Source: Candidatus Bathyarchaeota archaeon (GTDB taxonomy: Archaea > Thermoproteota > Bathyarchaeia > TCS64). Taken from it: 64,000 bases of DNA. The stretch covers positions 128,001-192,000 of the forward strand of contig CAVYLP010000006.1 of NCBI GenBank assembly GCA_963769425.1, given 5' to 3'. The translations under genes were made by a program, and so were the position numbers. Below, piece by piece: positions 9,422 to 19,003 of the stretch (within the stretch, counting starts at the first letter, position 1; the number at the start of each line of letters is the position of its first letter). The notes under the pieces are model-generated. The model was given only the letters and a program-made list of their open reading frames with translations. It was not told the origin of the DNA and did no database searches.

Positions 9422-10063
9422 TTACTTCGTCCACTCCTTGCAGATGGAGACGCCCTCGACAGCGTCCCTCGCTGCCGCGTCGGCACCGATTGAGGATGCA
9501 TATGCGTTGTCAACGGCTGCGCCACCGATTATCACCTTCACCACGGTCCTCAGCCCCCGCCTCTTCAGCTCGGCTATCGTGTCGGCCATGCTGGTCATGG
9601 TTGTCGTTATGAGGGCTGACATTCCGAGGATGTCGGGTCGTGTCCTCTCCACCTCGTCGGCGAACGCCGCCGGTGAGACGTCGAACCCGAGGTCAATGAC
9701 TCTGAACCCGGCCCCGCGGAGGAGGTTGCCGAAGATGTGCTTCCCTATGTCGTGGAGGTCGCCCTGTACGGTGCCGATGACGACGGTTCCCCGGGATTCG
9801 GCGCCGTTTTTCATCAGGTGGGGCTCGACGACCTCTAGGGCCGCCTTCATCGTCTCCCCAGCCATGACGAGCTCGGAGAGGAAGTAGTCACCGCTCTCGT
9901 ATCGCTTGCTGACCACCTCCATGCCCCTCGCCATCCCGTCGACGATTATCTCGTAGGGCGGCACACCCATGGAGATGGCTGTCCCGCATAGCTCCGCAGC
10001 CCTCGCTGGGTCGAAGTTGGTGATCGCCTCGCTGATCTCCCGGAGTATCTGTTGCTTATCCAT
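9422..10063 (-). CDS. Methyltransferase cognate corrinoid (B12-binding) protein, MtaC/MtbC-like
   Basis: Helical cap plus GDLHDIGK (DxHxxG), MSAL and IIGGA motifs. Confidence 0.92.
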   Translation of the reverse strand: MDKQQILREISEAITNFDPARAAELCGTAISMGVPPYEIIVDGMARGMEVVSKRYESGDYFLSELVMAGETMKAALEVVEPHLMKNGAESRGTVVIGTVQGDLHDIGKHIFGNLLRGAGFRVIDLGFDVSPAAFADEVERTRPDILGMSALITTTMTSMADTIAELKRRGLRTVVKVIIGGAAVDNAYASSIGADAAARDAVEGVSICKEWTK

Positions 10064-10066
10064 TCG

Positions 10067-11200
10067 TTATGCCTCCTCCCTGTAGCTTCCCGCCGCCTCG
10101 AACATGGCGATGACGTTCCGCGGGGGGACGTCCGCCTGGATGTTGTGGGCGCCGGCGAGTATGAGTCCGCCGCCCCTGCCACCGACGCGGGCCACCCTCC
10201 TCACCTCCGCCCCCACCTCCTCGGGGGAGCCCTGTGGTAGCAGCCTCTGGATGTCGACGCCACCGTGGAAAGACAGTTTCTCGCCGAAGTCGCGCTTCAG
10301 GGTCTCGATGTCCATCTTCGCCGCCAGCGGCTGGATCGGGTTGAGTACATCTAGCCCGAGGTCGATGAGGTCTGGGATGAGTTGGTGGACCGAGCCGCAG
10401 GTGTGCAGGAAGAGCTTCGCCCTCGTCTTGCCGCGGATGAGGTTGAAGAGCTTCTTATACCTGGGCTTGAGGTACCTCCTGAACATCACGGGCGACATGA
10501 TGGGGCCCGTCTGCATCCCGAGGTCGTCGTTGTAGTCGACCATCTGGATGTAGGGGCCGACGACGTCGAGGTACCCGTCGTAGAACTCCATGAAGAGGTC
10601 GAGTATCTTGTCTAGGAACTTCTCTGCGAACTCGGGCCTCCTGTAGAGGTCAACGGTGAAGGCCTCGAAGCCCCTGAGCCACCATGCGCACTCGTAGATG
10701 CCCCCGAAGAAGGCGTCGGCCTGAATCGCGTAGTCGGTGCTGTGGTAGAGGTTCTCAACCTCTTCCCTCAATCCCTTGAACCTCAGGGGGTTCCTCGGGT
10801 CTGGCCAGTCGAAGTCGTCGAGGTCGTCGACCCCGGCGTCCTTCAGCGGGTGGTCGATCATGTCGTAGTAGTTGGGGTTCCTCCCCCACTTGATGCCCCA
10901 TTCGTCGATGAAGTAGGGCCTACCCGAAGCGTCTGGTCCTATACCACCAGGGCCGGGGACCGTGCGGAGGCCGACGTGACGGAAGTCGACGCCGAACCTC
11001 TGTAGGACGGCCTCATCCAGCTTCGCCAGCTGCTGCACGTCCCGTGGGTCGATCCTGACCTCAAGGTCGAGACCAATGGTGTGGATTAGGTTGTCGTAAG
11101 CCTTGTTGTGTATTCCCGACACGGTCCCGCCGAGGTCGACGGGCAGCCTGTCGGGCTCCCTATGCTGGAGGGTTTCGATGACTCGTTCTCTTGAGTTCAT
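10067..11200 (-). CDS. UroD/MtaA-CmuA superfamily corrinoid methyltransferase-like protein
   Basis: MNSRERV..HREPDRLP, DEWG, DDLGMQ, LHTCG, HNIQ; 3 bp upstream of the corrinoid gene. Confidence 0.82.
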   Translation of the reverse strand: MNSRERVIETLQHREPDRLPVDLGGTVSGIHNKAYDNLIHTIGLDLEVRIDPRDVQQLAKLDEAVLQRFGVDFRHVGLRTVPGPGGIGPDASGRPYFIDEWGIKWGRNPNYYDMIDHPLKDAGVDDLDDFDWPDPRNPLRFKGLREEVENLYHSTDYAIQADAFFGGIYECAWWLRGFEAFTVDLYRRPEFAEKFLDKILDLFMEFYDGYLDVVGPYIQMVDYNDDLGMQTGPIMSPVMFRRYLKPRYKKLFNLIRGKTRAKLFLHTCGSVHQLIPDLIDLGLDVLNPIQPLAAKMDIETLKRDFGEKLSFHGGVDIQRLLPQGSPEEVGAEVRRVARVGGRGGGLILAGAHNIQADVPPRNVIAMFEAAGSYREEA

Positions 11201-11417
11201 GCTTGCACCCCTCGCTTGGGTGGCTGGATGTCTGAGATGGGACCTAGGCGCTAATATTACTTCGCGCTCGATCCCGTGGAGAGGAGAAAAGCTCTCTTGA
11301 ACTCGAATTCGAAGTCCGCCCTCCCAGTGAACCCCACGTACCGAGTTTCCATCGATTTCTCCGGTTTATATTCGAACCATCCAAATGGAAAGGCGGAGAA
11401 ACGCTGGAGGAGTCTAG

Positions 11418-12002
11418 GTGAGGAAGGTTATCTTGAGCATGATGATGTCCCTCGACGGCTTCGCCGCTGGGCCAAACGATGAGATGGACTGGCTGCCACC
11501 CTTCGACGACGAGGAGAAGTGGAGGGACTTGCACGGTGAGATGTGGAAGCAGCTAAGGGGGATCGACACGTTCCTCCTCGGGCGCGTCACGTACCAGATC
11601 TGGGAGAGATACTGGCCGGCTGCCGCCAAGAACCCGAAGAGCACCAAGAGCGACATCGACTTCTCCCGCTTCGCCGACGAGACCCAGAAGGTAGTCTTCT
11701 CGAAGACCCTAAACGAGGTCAGCTGGAAGAACTCTAGGCTCGTCAAGGGGGACATCGCGGAGGAGGTACGTAGGATGAAGCAGATGCCCGGCAAGGACAT
11801 CGCGCTCGCCGGCGGCGCCGGCCTCGCCCGGACCTTTATCAAGCTAGGCCTTGTTGACGATTACCTGTTCACGATCCACCCTGTCATACTCGGCGCGGGT
11901 AAGCCCCTCTTCAGGGACCTCGAGGAAAGGCGGAGGCTGAAGCTCGTAGAGACGAGGACGCTCAACCCGGGGGCTGTCCTACTACACTACCAGCCCATGT
12001 AA
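11418..12002 (+). CDS. Dihydrofolate reductase / RibD C-terminal family protein
   Basis: MSLDGF, LLGRVTY, GGAGLA, LVDD..HPVILGAGKPLF. Confidence 0.88.
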   Translation: MRKVILSMMMSLDGFAAGPNDEMDWLPPFDDEEKWRDLHGEMWKQLRGIDTFLLGRVTYQIWERYWPAAAKNPKSTKSDIDFSRFADETQKVVFSKTLNEVSWKNSRLVKGDIAEEVRRMKQMPGKDIALAGGAGLARTFIKLGLVDDYLFTIHPVILGAGKPLFRDLEERRRLKLVETRTLNPGAVLLHYQPM

Positions 12003-12047
12003 ACAGAAGATTACACGCGCTCGATGTGTGGCATATAATTGGCCCTA

Positions 12048-13226
12048 TTAACTAGCTTTCTTCGTCTCCCTGAGCCAGAGGCACGGGACGAAGACAGCCA
12101 GAAGAAGGATCGATGAGAGGTAGAAGCTCATCGCGTTCCCGTATACCCCCACGACCCAGATCATGAGGATAGGGCCGAAGACTGAGCCCGCGTCGAAGAA
12201 TGTGCGGTATGTCCCCACGGCGGCGCCCCTGTGCTCCGGGTCGACGACCTCCGCCGCGATCACGGGGCAGATTATCCAGACGGCACCCGTCGTTATCCCG
12301 ATCAGGAACATGACGACCGCAACCGCGGTGAACCCAACCATGAAGCTCAGGACCACACTCATGATCGCGGTGCCGAGCGCCCCGAAGAGTATGACGGGCT
12401 TCCTCCCGATCCTGTCGGAGATGGTGCCCATGAAGAGCATAGAGAGTACGTACCCGATGGACCTGGCTCCCTGGACGAAGCCTATGTCGGTGAGGGACAT
12501 GCCCAGCGTCCCGTTAAGGTAGAGGGGGAAGGTCGTGAAGAGGACGCCCTGATAGAGCATGAAGTTCATCAGCGTCACGGCGCAGACGATTAGCAGCCCC
12601 TTGTTCATCAGGACCTTAGGGATCGCCGAGAGCTTGATGCTTGAGGACGTTGGGAGGGCTCTGACCTCGCTTCGCAGGCGTGGGAGGAAGAGCAGAAAGA
12701 GGCCAACGACAGCCATCGCCGTGGAGAGATAGAAGGCGCCGATGAAGCCGAGGCCGGTTATTATTACGCCGCTGAAGGTTGAGGCGAGGGTGCTCCCAAG
12801 GAACTCGATCCCCTGGAAGAGCCCCATGGCGCTCCCCCTCCGTTCCACTGAGAACATGTTGATTATCAGGGTCATCGAGACCGCGAAGAAGAGGGGGGCC
12901 CCTATCCCGAGCAGCACTCTTGCGAAGAATAGCTGAATCGGGTCGACGACGTAGGCGCATAGGATGTTGCCGACGGCTGTCAGTAGGAGGCCGGCCGCCA
13001 TTGGGAGATAGTAGCCTAACCTCGTCGAGATGAAGCCGCTCGGAATCTCGAGTAGGACCCTTGCAACCCAGTAGGCGGAGACGGAGAGGCCGATCCAGAC
13101 CCCTACTGCACCCACCTGCTTCGCGTAGATCGCGAGGAGTGGATTGATCAGCTGCGTGCTGAACATGGCGAGCACGGCGATGACGCATAGGACGATGTAG
13201 GTTAGGCTGTAGCGGCCTTGAGCCAT
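12048..13226 (-). CDS. MFS transporter
   Basis: About 12 TM helices; GTISDRIGRK motif A; ATG at 13226. Confidence 0.88.
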   Translation of the reverse strand: MAQGRYSLTYIVLCVIAVLAMFSTQLINPLLAIYAKQVGAVGVWIGLSVSAYWVARVLLEIPSGFISTRLGYYLPMAAGLLLTAVGNILCAYVVDPIQLFFARVLLGIGAPLFFAVSMTLIINMFSVERRGSAMGLFQGIEFLGSTLASTFSGVIITGLGFIGAFYLSTAMAVVGLFLLFLPRLRSEVRALPTSSSIKLSAIPKVLMNKGLLIVCAVTLMNFMLYQGVLFTTFPLYLNGTLGMSLTDIGFVQGARSIGYVLSMLFMGTISDRIGRKPVILFGALGTAIMSVVLSFMVGFTAVAVVMFLIGITTGAVWIICPVIAAEVVDPEHRGAAVGTYRTFFDAGSVFGPILMIWVVGVYGNAMSFYLSSILLLAVFVPCLWLRETKKAS

Positions 13227-13251
13227 GCTTGGTATGGGGGAATCCGCGAGG

Positions 13252-14115
13252 CTAAAAGATTGGTGATGGCTGAGAGGGTGCAACCGCGTTTATAGGCCCG
13301 ACATACCCCTCCGCGACCTTCCACAGCCTCTCGGCCTTCTCCATGTCGTATGACTCCCTCGACGAGCGTTGAGCCTTGCGATTCGAGAAGTATTCGCCGG
13401 TGACCCCCTCCACTTCGGGGGAGCTGGCGAGGTACACCGAGGTCCTCGCGCCCTTCTCGGGGCTAGTCCCCAGCAGTTTGAAGAAAAACCTCAAAGCAAG
13501 TCCAGAGTCCCTGCTGAGGTTGCTCTTAACCATCCCCGGGTGTACACAGTTGGCGGTGATGCCCGTGCCCTCCAGCTTCTTCGCAAGAAGTCTCGTGAAG
13601 AGGATGAGACACAGCTTCGACTGGGCGTAGACCCTGAACCCCGAGTAGTGCTTCTTGAACTCTATGTCGTCGAAGTTGACCTTACCACGGTGTAGGGCGG
13701 ATGCCAAGTTGATGATCCTTGAAGGCGCACTCTGTTTGAGTAGGTCCAACATGAGGTTGGTCAGCAGGAAGGGGGCGAGGAAGTTCACGGCGAAGGCCCT
13801 CTCGACGCCGTCGACTGTCTCCCTCCTCTTGAAGTCCCAGACCCCCGCGTTGTTTATGAGAACGTCCAGCTTCGGGAATCGGGACCTGAACTCCGCGGCG
13901 CAGCCCCTGATCGAGTCGAAGGAGGCGAGGTCGCAGACTATACTATGCACGTCCTCGCTGCCCGATGCCTCCCGGATCTCCTTCCTCGTGGCTTCCCCGC
14001 GGGCCGGGTCGCGCGTGGTGAAGACGACCGTGGCGCCGAGCCTTGCCAACTCTGTCGCCGTCGCCTTCCCTATGCCCGAGGTGCCCCCGGTGATCAGAAC
14101 GACCTTACCCTTCAT
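13252..14115 (-). CDS. Short-chain dehydrogenase/reductase (retinol-DH-like)
   Basis: TGGTSGIG, NNAG, YAQSK, HPG. Confidence 0.92.
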   Translation of the reverse strand: MKGKVVLITGGTSGIGKATATELARLGATVVFTTRDPARGEATRKEIREASGSEDVHSIVCDLASFDSIRGCAAEFRSRFPKLDVLINNAGVWDFKRRETVDGVERAFAVNFLAPFLLTNLMLDLLKQSAPSRIINLASALHRGKVNFDDIEFKKHYSGFRVYAQSKLCLILFTRLLAKKLEGTGITANCVHPGMVKSNLSRDSGLALRFFFKLLGTSPEKGARTSVYLASSPEVEGVTGEYFSNRKAQRSSRESYDMEKAERLWKVAEGYVGPINAVAPSQPSPIF

Positions 14116-14321
14116 AGTGTGAAGTCGGGGTTCCGCTCAGAAAAAGTGTCCCATTCACAACGTCCTCGCCACCTCGGGGGGACTTGGAAGATGAAGCGAG
14201 TTGGATCCACAATCTTAGATGATTATATCGCTCACTGAGACGTGAGTAAAGCGCCCTTGCATCAACCCCTCTTCACCAGATCCCGTTATAAACGAAGTTG
14301 ATTTAGAGAAAAACGATCGAC

Positions 14322-15182
14322 ATGGGCAACAACAGAACTACCGAGCTAGGCTCCACCGGGATCATGGTTTCTCGCCTGGGAACGGGAACCAACAGGTGGG
14401 CGAAAGGGGAGAACGACGAGCATGTCTACGAGGCCTTCAGGGCGCTCCTAGACGGCGGTGTAAACTTCTTCGACACCGCCGAAGTCTACATGGGTGGGAA
14501 GTCGGAGCGCCTACTCGGGGAGTGTATACAACGAGACGGGAGAGTCGTCGTCGTGGCTAGCAAGTACATGCCCTACCCCACTCGGCTCACCAAGGGGCAG
14601 TTCAACGAGGCCCTCGACGCCACTCTCGGGAGACTCGGGGTGGCGACCCTCGACCTCTACTACGTCCACATGCCGCCTACCCTCACGAGCATCGATTCAC
14701 TCATGGACCATATGGCCGAGGCGGTGAACGCAGGGAAGATACGCGCGGTGGGTGTGAGCAACTTTAGCGCGGAGCAGATGAGGAGAGCGGCTGCCCAGTT
14801 AGAGAGACACGAGCTCACCCTTGCGGCGAACGAGGTGGAGTACAGCCTCACTAACCGTGAGCCCGAGGAAAACGGTGTACTCGATGCCTGCAGGGAGATC
14901 AAGGCCTCCCTCGTGGCGTATCGACCCCTCTCGCGCGGGCTGCTCGCCACAGATGATGCACGTGGCGACAAGACCATGAAGACACTCGAGGGGATAGCCA
15001 AACGCCACGGGGCGAAGATGGGCCAGATCGCGTTGGCATGGCTGCTCCAAAAAGATCCCGTCGTGATACCCATCCCCGGCGCTACGAAGAGGGAGCATGC
15101 CCTCGAGAACACATCAGCCCTAAACATCGCCCTGAAGGACGACGAATTCAAGGAACTGGACGAGGCATCGAAGCCGCGATAA
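14322..15182 (+). CDS. Aldo/keto reductase
   Basis: FDTAEVY, LYYVH, GVSNF, IPIPG. Confidence 0.92.
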   Translation: MGNNRTTELGSTGIMVSRLGTGTNRWAKGENDEHVYEAFRALLDGGVNFFDTAEVYMGGKSERLLGECIQRDGRVVVVASKYMPYPTRLTKGQFNEALDATLGRLGVATLDLYYVHMPPTLTSIDSLMDHMAEAVNAGKIRAVGVSNFSAEQMRRAAAQLERHELTLAANEVEYSLTNREPEENGVLDACREIKASLVAYRPLSRGLLATDDARGDKTMKTLEGIAKRHGAKMGQIALAWLLQKDPVVIPIPGATKREHALENTSALNIALKDDEFKELDEASKPR

Positions 15183-15201
15183 ATGATACTGTAAAAACGA
15201 G

Positions 15202-16200
15202 CTAGAGGTGGAGGCCCATGAGCCTCATCGCGTTGCCGTGGGCAATCTTCTCCCTGTCGGCCGTGCTTACGGGTATCCCGTCGAGGAACGCACGCGCCGA
15301 CGCCATAGACCCATATGGGTAGTCGACGGAGAACATTATGCGATCCGCACCAACCTCCATGAGGAGGTCGAGGAAGGCGGGGGTGAAGTTGAAGCCGCTG
15401 AATGTGTAGTGGACGTTCCCGCGTAGGTACTCCGCCATGGAGCGGTCCAGCTTCGTCGCCTCGCGGGGCAGGTTCCTGTCAATCCTCTGCAGCATGAAAG
15501 GCAGCGCCTCGCCGAGGTGGCCTATTATGACTTGGAGCTTCGGGTACTCGTCGAAGGCGCCGCCGAGTATCATGCGGAGCACGTATAGGGCTGTCTCGAT
15601 GTGCCAGCCCCACCCGCTTGTGGAGAGGGTGTACGCTACCTCCTCGGGGTAGCTGCCGCGGTAGGAGGCCTCCACGACCTTCTGAGGCGGGGGCGTCGGG
15701 TGGATGTAGAGGGGGACGCCCAGGGTCTCCGCCCTCTCCAGCACGGGCCAGAATGCCCTGTCGTCGAGGTAACGCCCGGCGACGTGCCCATTTATCGCCG
15801 CACCGCTGAGCCCGAGTATTTTAATCGCCCGCTCAAGCTCGTCTGCCGCATCCATAGGCGACGGCATGGGTAGGGCTGCGAAGCCAGCGAACCGCTTCGG
15901 GTTGAGCTTGATAGCCTTCGCGAGGTAGTCATTGGCGTCCCGCGCTAGCTTGATTGCCTCTCCCGCGTCGAGCTGCTCGACCCCCGGGGAGTTGAGGGAG
16001 AGGACCTGCATGTCAACGCCGGCTTCGTCCATCGCCGCTATCCTCCTCTCGCCCACGTCCAGCAGCTGTTCGATCTGCCTCGTCGACCTCGTGGGCGCGC
16101 CTGAGCCCCTGCCCCTGAGCCACTTCCCCGGCCCCTCTATGAAAGAGGGGGTCGCGAAGTGCTCCTCGAGGGCAATCGCCTTAATCCTTTCGACAACCAT
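15202..16200 (-). CDS. Amidohydrolase-2 family; aromatic-acid (de)carboxylase-like (2,3-DHBD/LigW-like)
   Basis: IALEEHF, YIHP, GHLGEALP, FSVDYP. Confidence 0.85.
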   Translation of the reverse strand: MVVERIKAIALEEHFATPSFIEGPGKWLRGRGSGAPTRSTRQIEQLLDVGERRIAAMDEAGVDMQVLSLNSPGVEQLDAGEAIKLARDANDYLAKAIKLNPKRFAGFAALPMPSPMDAADELERAIKILGLSGAAINGHVAGRYLDDRAFWPVLERAETLGVPLYIHPTPPPQKVVEASYRGSYPEEVAYTLSTSGWGWHIETALYVLRMILGGAFDEYPKLQVIIGHLGEALPFMLQRIDRNLPREATKLDRSMAEYLRGNVHYTFSGFNFTPAFLDLLMEVGADRIMFSVDYPYGSMASARAFLDGIPVSTADREKIAHGNAMRLMGLHL

Positions 16201-16284
16201 AGCCAAGCTACACTTCCAGTATCGTCTCCATCACTCCAACGAAAAACATCTTCTATCCGGCGCCCACCTGAGATACGACTGGCA

Positions 16285-17316
16285 TTGTTGAGGGAGACAC
16301 TATTCAGCGAGCTCGCGAAGTTCAGCCTAGAGTTCAAGAAGGTGAAGGCGGGGGACGAGGTTCTCATCGTCGTCAGCGCGGACACGGAGACGTCGAGGTA
16401 CAGCGCCCTCGTCACGATGTGTAAGGCTATCGAGGCCATCCCGCACATCCTCGTCGTGAACACGCCGAAGGAGGCCATTGGCCTATGGAGCCTAGGGAGG
16501 GCGGTGAAGCTCCCGAGGACCGTCGCCGAGGCGCTGAAGGCGAGCGATTACATCTTCTGGTTCGCCGACTGGGACCCGGCATTCCTCCAAGAGATAAGAG
16601 ACGCGCGCCAAGCCGGTGCCCAGTTCCTATTCGGGTGGCAGTCGAACGTCAAGGAGGCGAACTGGCACATAAGGGACATTGACTCCGTCGCCCTCGCGGA
16701 GAAGGCGCAGCGCTGGGCGAAGATGCTCAACGAGCACAAGGGGAAGGAGTTCAGGCTCATAACCGGGGGTGAGGAGTTCGTCGGAACCACCCGCCGCTTC
16801 GAGGGCTGGGGACCATATTCGGGGAAGGCGAGCTGGACCCAGAACGAGTGTATGTCCGTCGGCGACTTCAACGATGCCAACGGGATCCAAGTCGTGGACT
16901 GGATTGGGACATTGAGCGAAGTCACCCCCGGCGAAGTGGCGAAGCTCCACATAAAGGACGGAGTTCTCGTTAAGGCCGATGGGGAGATGGGTAAATCATT
17001 CATGAAGGCCCTAGCCGCCATCGACGACCCGAACGTCTACAAGCTCGCCGAGCTGGCGGTGGGGATGAACCCGTATACTCGCAAGGGCCTAACATCGCTT
17101 GGGGCACCCAACCTCCCGATGACGATCCCGCCCTACCACGAGATCAAGCAGTCGGAGGGAACGGTCCACACGGCTTTCGGCGACTCCGGCGGGCGAATAT
17201 TGCAGCCCGGCGAGACGGGGATAATCGCCAAACTACATATCGACGTGATATCTTTCAGACCAACCCTGTTCATCGACGGGAAGAAGTACGTCGAGGACGG
17301 AAAACTGCTTTTTTAG
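16285..17316 (+). CDS. M29 aminopeptidase-like / NicX-like metalloprotein
   Basis: LAELAVGMNP, GTVHTAFG, HID C-terminal metal motifs; TTG start inferred. Confidence 0.65.
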   Translation: MLRETLFSELAKFSLEFKKVKAGDEVLIVVSADTETSRYSALVTMCKAIEAIPHILVVNTPKEAIGLWSLGRAVKLPRTVAEALKASDYIFWFADWDPAFLQEIRDARQAGAQFLFGWQSNVKEANWHIRDIDSVALAEKAQRWAKMLNEHKGKEFRLITGGEEFVGTTRRFEGWGPYSGKASWTQNECMSVGDFNDANGIQVVDWIGTLSEVTPGEVAKLHIKDGVLVKADGEMGKSFMKALAAIDDPNVYKLAELAVGMNPYTRKGLTSLGAPNLPMTIPPYHEIKQSEGTVHTAFGDSGGRILQPGETGIIAKLHIDVISFRPTLFIDGKKYVEDGKLLF

Positions 17317-17327
17317 AAACGCTGATC

Positions 17328-18371
17328 CTATGATTTTTCTCTCTGGCAGAAAAGCATAGGATACGCGTCTCTCAGGCTCTTGTAGTTGCCTATGCTCTCG
17401 GCGGAAAGCACCGCCCTTACTATGGCCCGAGCGAAGACGTCCGCCGCGGAGGCTCCGATCAGGCTCAATGCCCGATGTGTGCTTCTCCCATAGCGGGTCT
17501 CCTCCTCGGGTAGAGCCCTGCGCCCCGTTGAGAGGCAGAATATCGTGTCGCCGTCGAACATCGTGTGCGCCGGATAAATGGCGCGCGCTACGCCGTCCTG
17601 TGCCATCTGCGCCACCTTGGTCGCCTGCGCCTTACTCAGGGAGGCGTCGGTGGCGACTACGCCGATGGTCGTGTGCCTCACCGGCTCCCCCGCTAAACCC
17701 TTGTAGTAGGGGAGCCCAGGGACATGCTTCCCTTGGGCAACGCCGAATTCGCCCCCGATCTCCAGGTGCTGCGCGTAGAGCGTCCCGTTCCCCGGGTCGA
17801 ATGTGGCGCCGGTTGAGTTGACCACCGCTATCGCCCCTACGGTTATACCGTTCACCAACTCTTCACTAGCGGAGCCAAGGCCCCCTTTGAGGCCTCCGGA
17901 GACGGCGCCCGTGCCCGCCCCGACGTTCCCCATCTCAACCCTACCCGCTGAGAGCGAACCACAGGTCCTGTAGCCATCCGCCTCGGTAATGTGGCCGAGC
18001 TTCTCGCCTCGGCCCAGATCAAAGATCACAGCGGCGGGGACGATCGGGACCACCCTGCCCTCGCCCACCTGGAGGCCAACGCCCTTCTCCTCGAGAAACC
18101 TCATCACCCCGCCGGCTGCGCTGAGGCCGTACGCGCTGCCACCGCATAGTGCTACAGCGTCGACTCGTTCGACGAGATTGACGGGGTCGAGGAGGTCCGT
18201 CTCCCTAGTGCCTGGGGCGCTTCCCCGCACGTCCACTCCGCCGACGGCTCCACCCTCAGCCGCTACCACCGTAACCCCCGACAATAGCCCGTGATCGCTG
18301 ATGTTTCCGACTAATATGCCATCAACGTCCGTTATCGAGTTGAGTGGGCCGCTCCGCCGATTCTGAGGCAT
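17328..18371 (-). CDS. Peptidase S58/P1 (DmpA-like L-aminopeptidase/D-esterase)
   Basis: ITDVDGILVG, GSAPGTRETD, GGSAYGL, GAGTGA, HTTIGVVATD, DGDT. Confidence 0.9.
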   Translation of the reverse strand: MPQNRRSGPLNSITDVDGILVGNISDHGLLSGVTVVAAEGGAVGGVDVRGSAPGTRETDLLDPVNLVERVDAVALCGGSAYGLSAAGGVMRFLEEKGVGLQVGEGRVVPIVPAAVIFDLGRGEKLGHITEADGYRTCGSLSAGRVEMGNVGAGTGAVSGGLKGGLGSASEELVNGITVGAIAVVNSTGATFDPGNGTLYAQHLEIGGEFGVAQGKHVPGLPYYKGLAGEPVRHTTIGVVATDASLSKAQATKVAQMAQDGVARAIYPAHTMFDGDTIFCLSTGRRALPEEETRYGRSTHRALSLIGASAADVFARAIVRAVLSAESIGNYKSLRDAYPMLFCQREKS

Positions 18372-18514
18372 GCATCAACTGCCATCGGTTTGCAGATAAA
18401 CGCCTTGCGCGGATCATATCGGGTTTAAAAGGGATTTTTCCATAAAATTTACTCAGCGACGGGGGCGCTCCCCCGGGGACCTGTAGGTGCTTGATAATGA
18501 GGGACGATGTTGGG

Positions 18515-19003
18515 TTGGTGGATTCTAAGATTCGGATAGGGCTCCGCGTGAATGGGGCCTCGTATGGTTTGAACGTTGAGCCTAGGCGGACGCTCCTCGA
18601 CGCCCTCCGGGAGGACCTGCATCTCACGGGGACGAAGAAGGGCTGCGACATGGGGGAGTGCGGCGCCTGCACCGTCCTCTTAGACGGGAAGCCTGTCTAC
18701 TCCTGCCTCCTACTCGCAGTCGAATGCGAGGGGCACGAGGTGAGGACCATCGAGGGTCTATCAGAAGGGGAGAGGCTCGACCCGATCCAGATGGCGTTCA
18801 TCGAGTACGACGCCCACCAGTGTGGCTTCTGCACACCCGGGCAGATAATGGCCATCCGTGGCCTCTTAGAGGCGAACCCAGACCCGACTCCCGAGGAGAT
18901 ACGCGTCGGCGTATCCGGCAACATCTGCAGGTGCGGCGCCTACCACCGAATCCTCAAGGCTGCGGCCGCGGCCGCCCAAGTCTACCGGGAGGGGAGCGAA
19001 TGA
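18515..19003 (+). CDS. Xanthine dehydrogenase family 2x[2Fe-2S] subunit
   Basis: GCDMGECGACT, QCGFCTPG, GNICRCG; exact start uncertain (18491-18518). Confidence 0.92.
   Translation: MVDSKIRIGLRVNGASYGLNVEPRRTLLDALREDLHLTGTKKGCDMGECGACTVLLDGKPVYSCLLLAVECEGHEVRTIEGLSEGERLDPIQMAFIEYDAHQCGFCTPGQIMAIRGLLEANPDPTPEEIRVGVSGNICRCGAYHRILKAAAAAAQVYREGSE

Noticed and set aside
9422-11200. Pyrrolysine-type methylamine methyltransferase
   Set aside because: The methyltransferase is UroD/MtaA-like, has no in-frame amber codon, and no pyl genes are present
11308-11335. Further tRNA-Ala 3'-end copy (CCCTCCCAGT)
   Set aside because: Only a 10-bp match without the CCACCA end; compatible with chance
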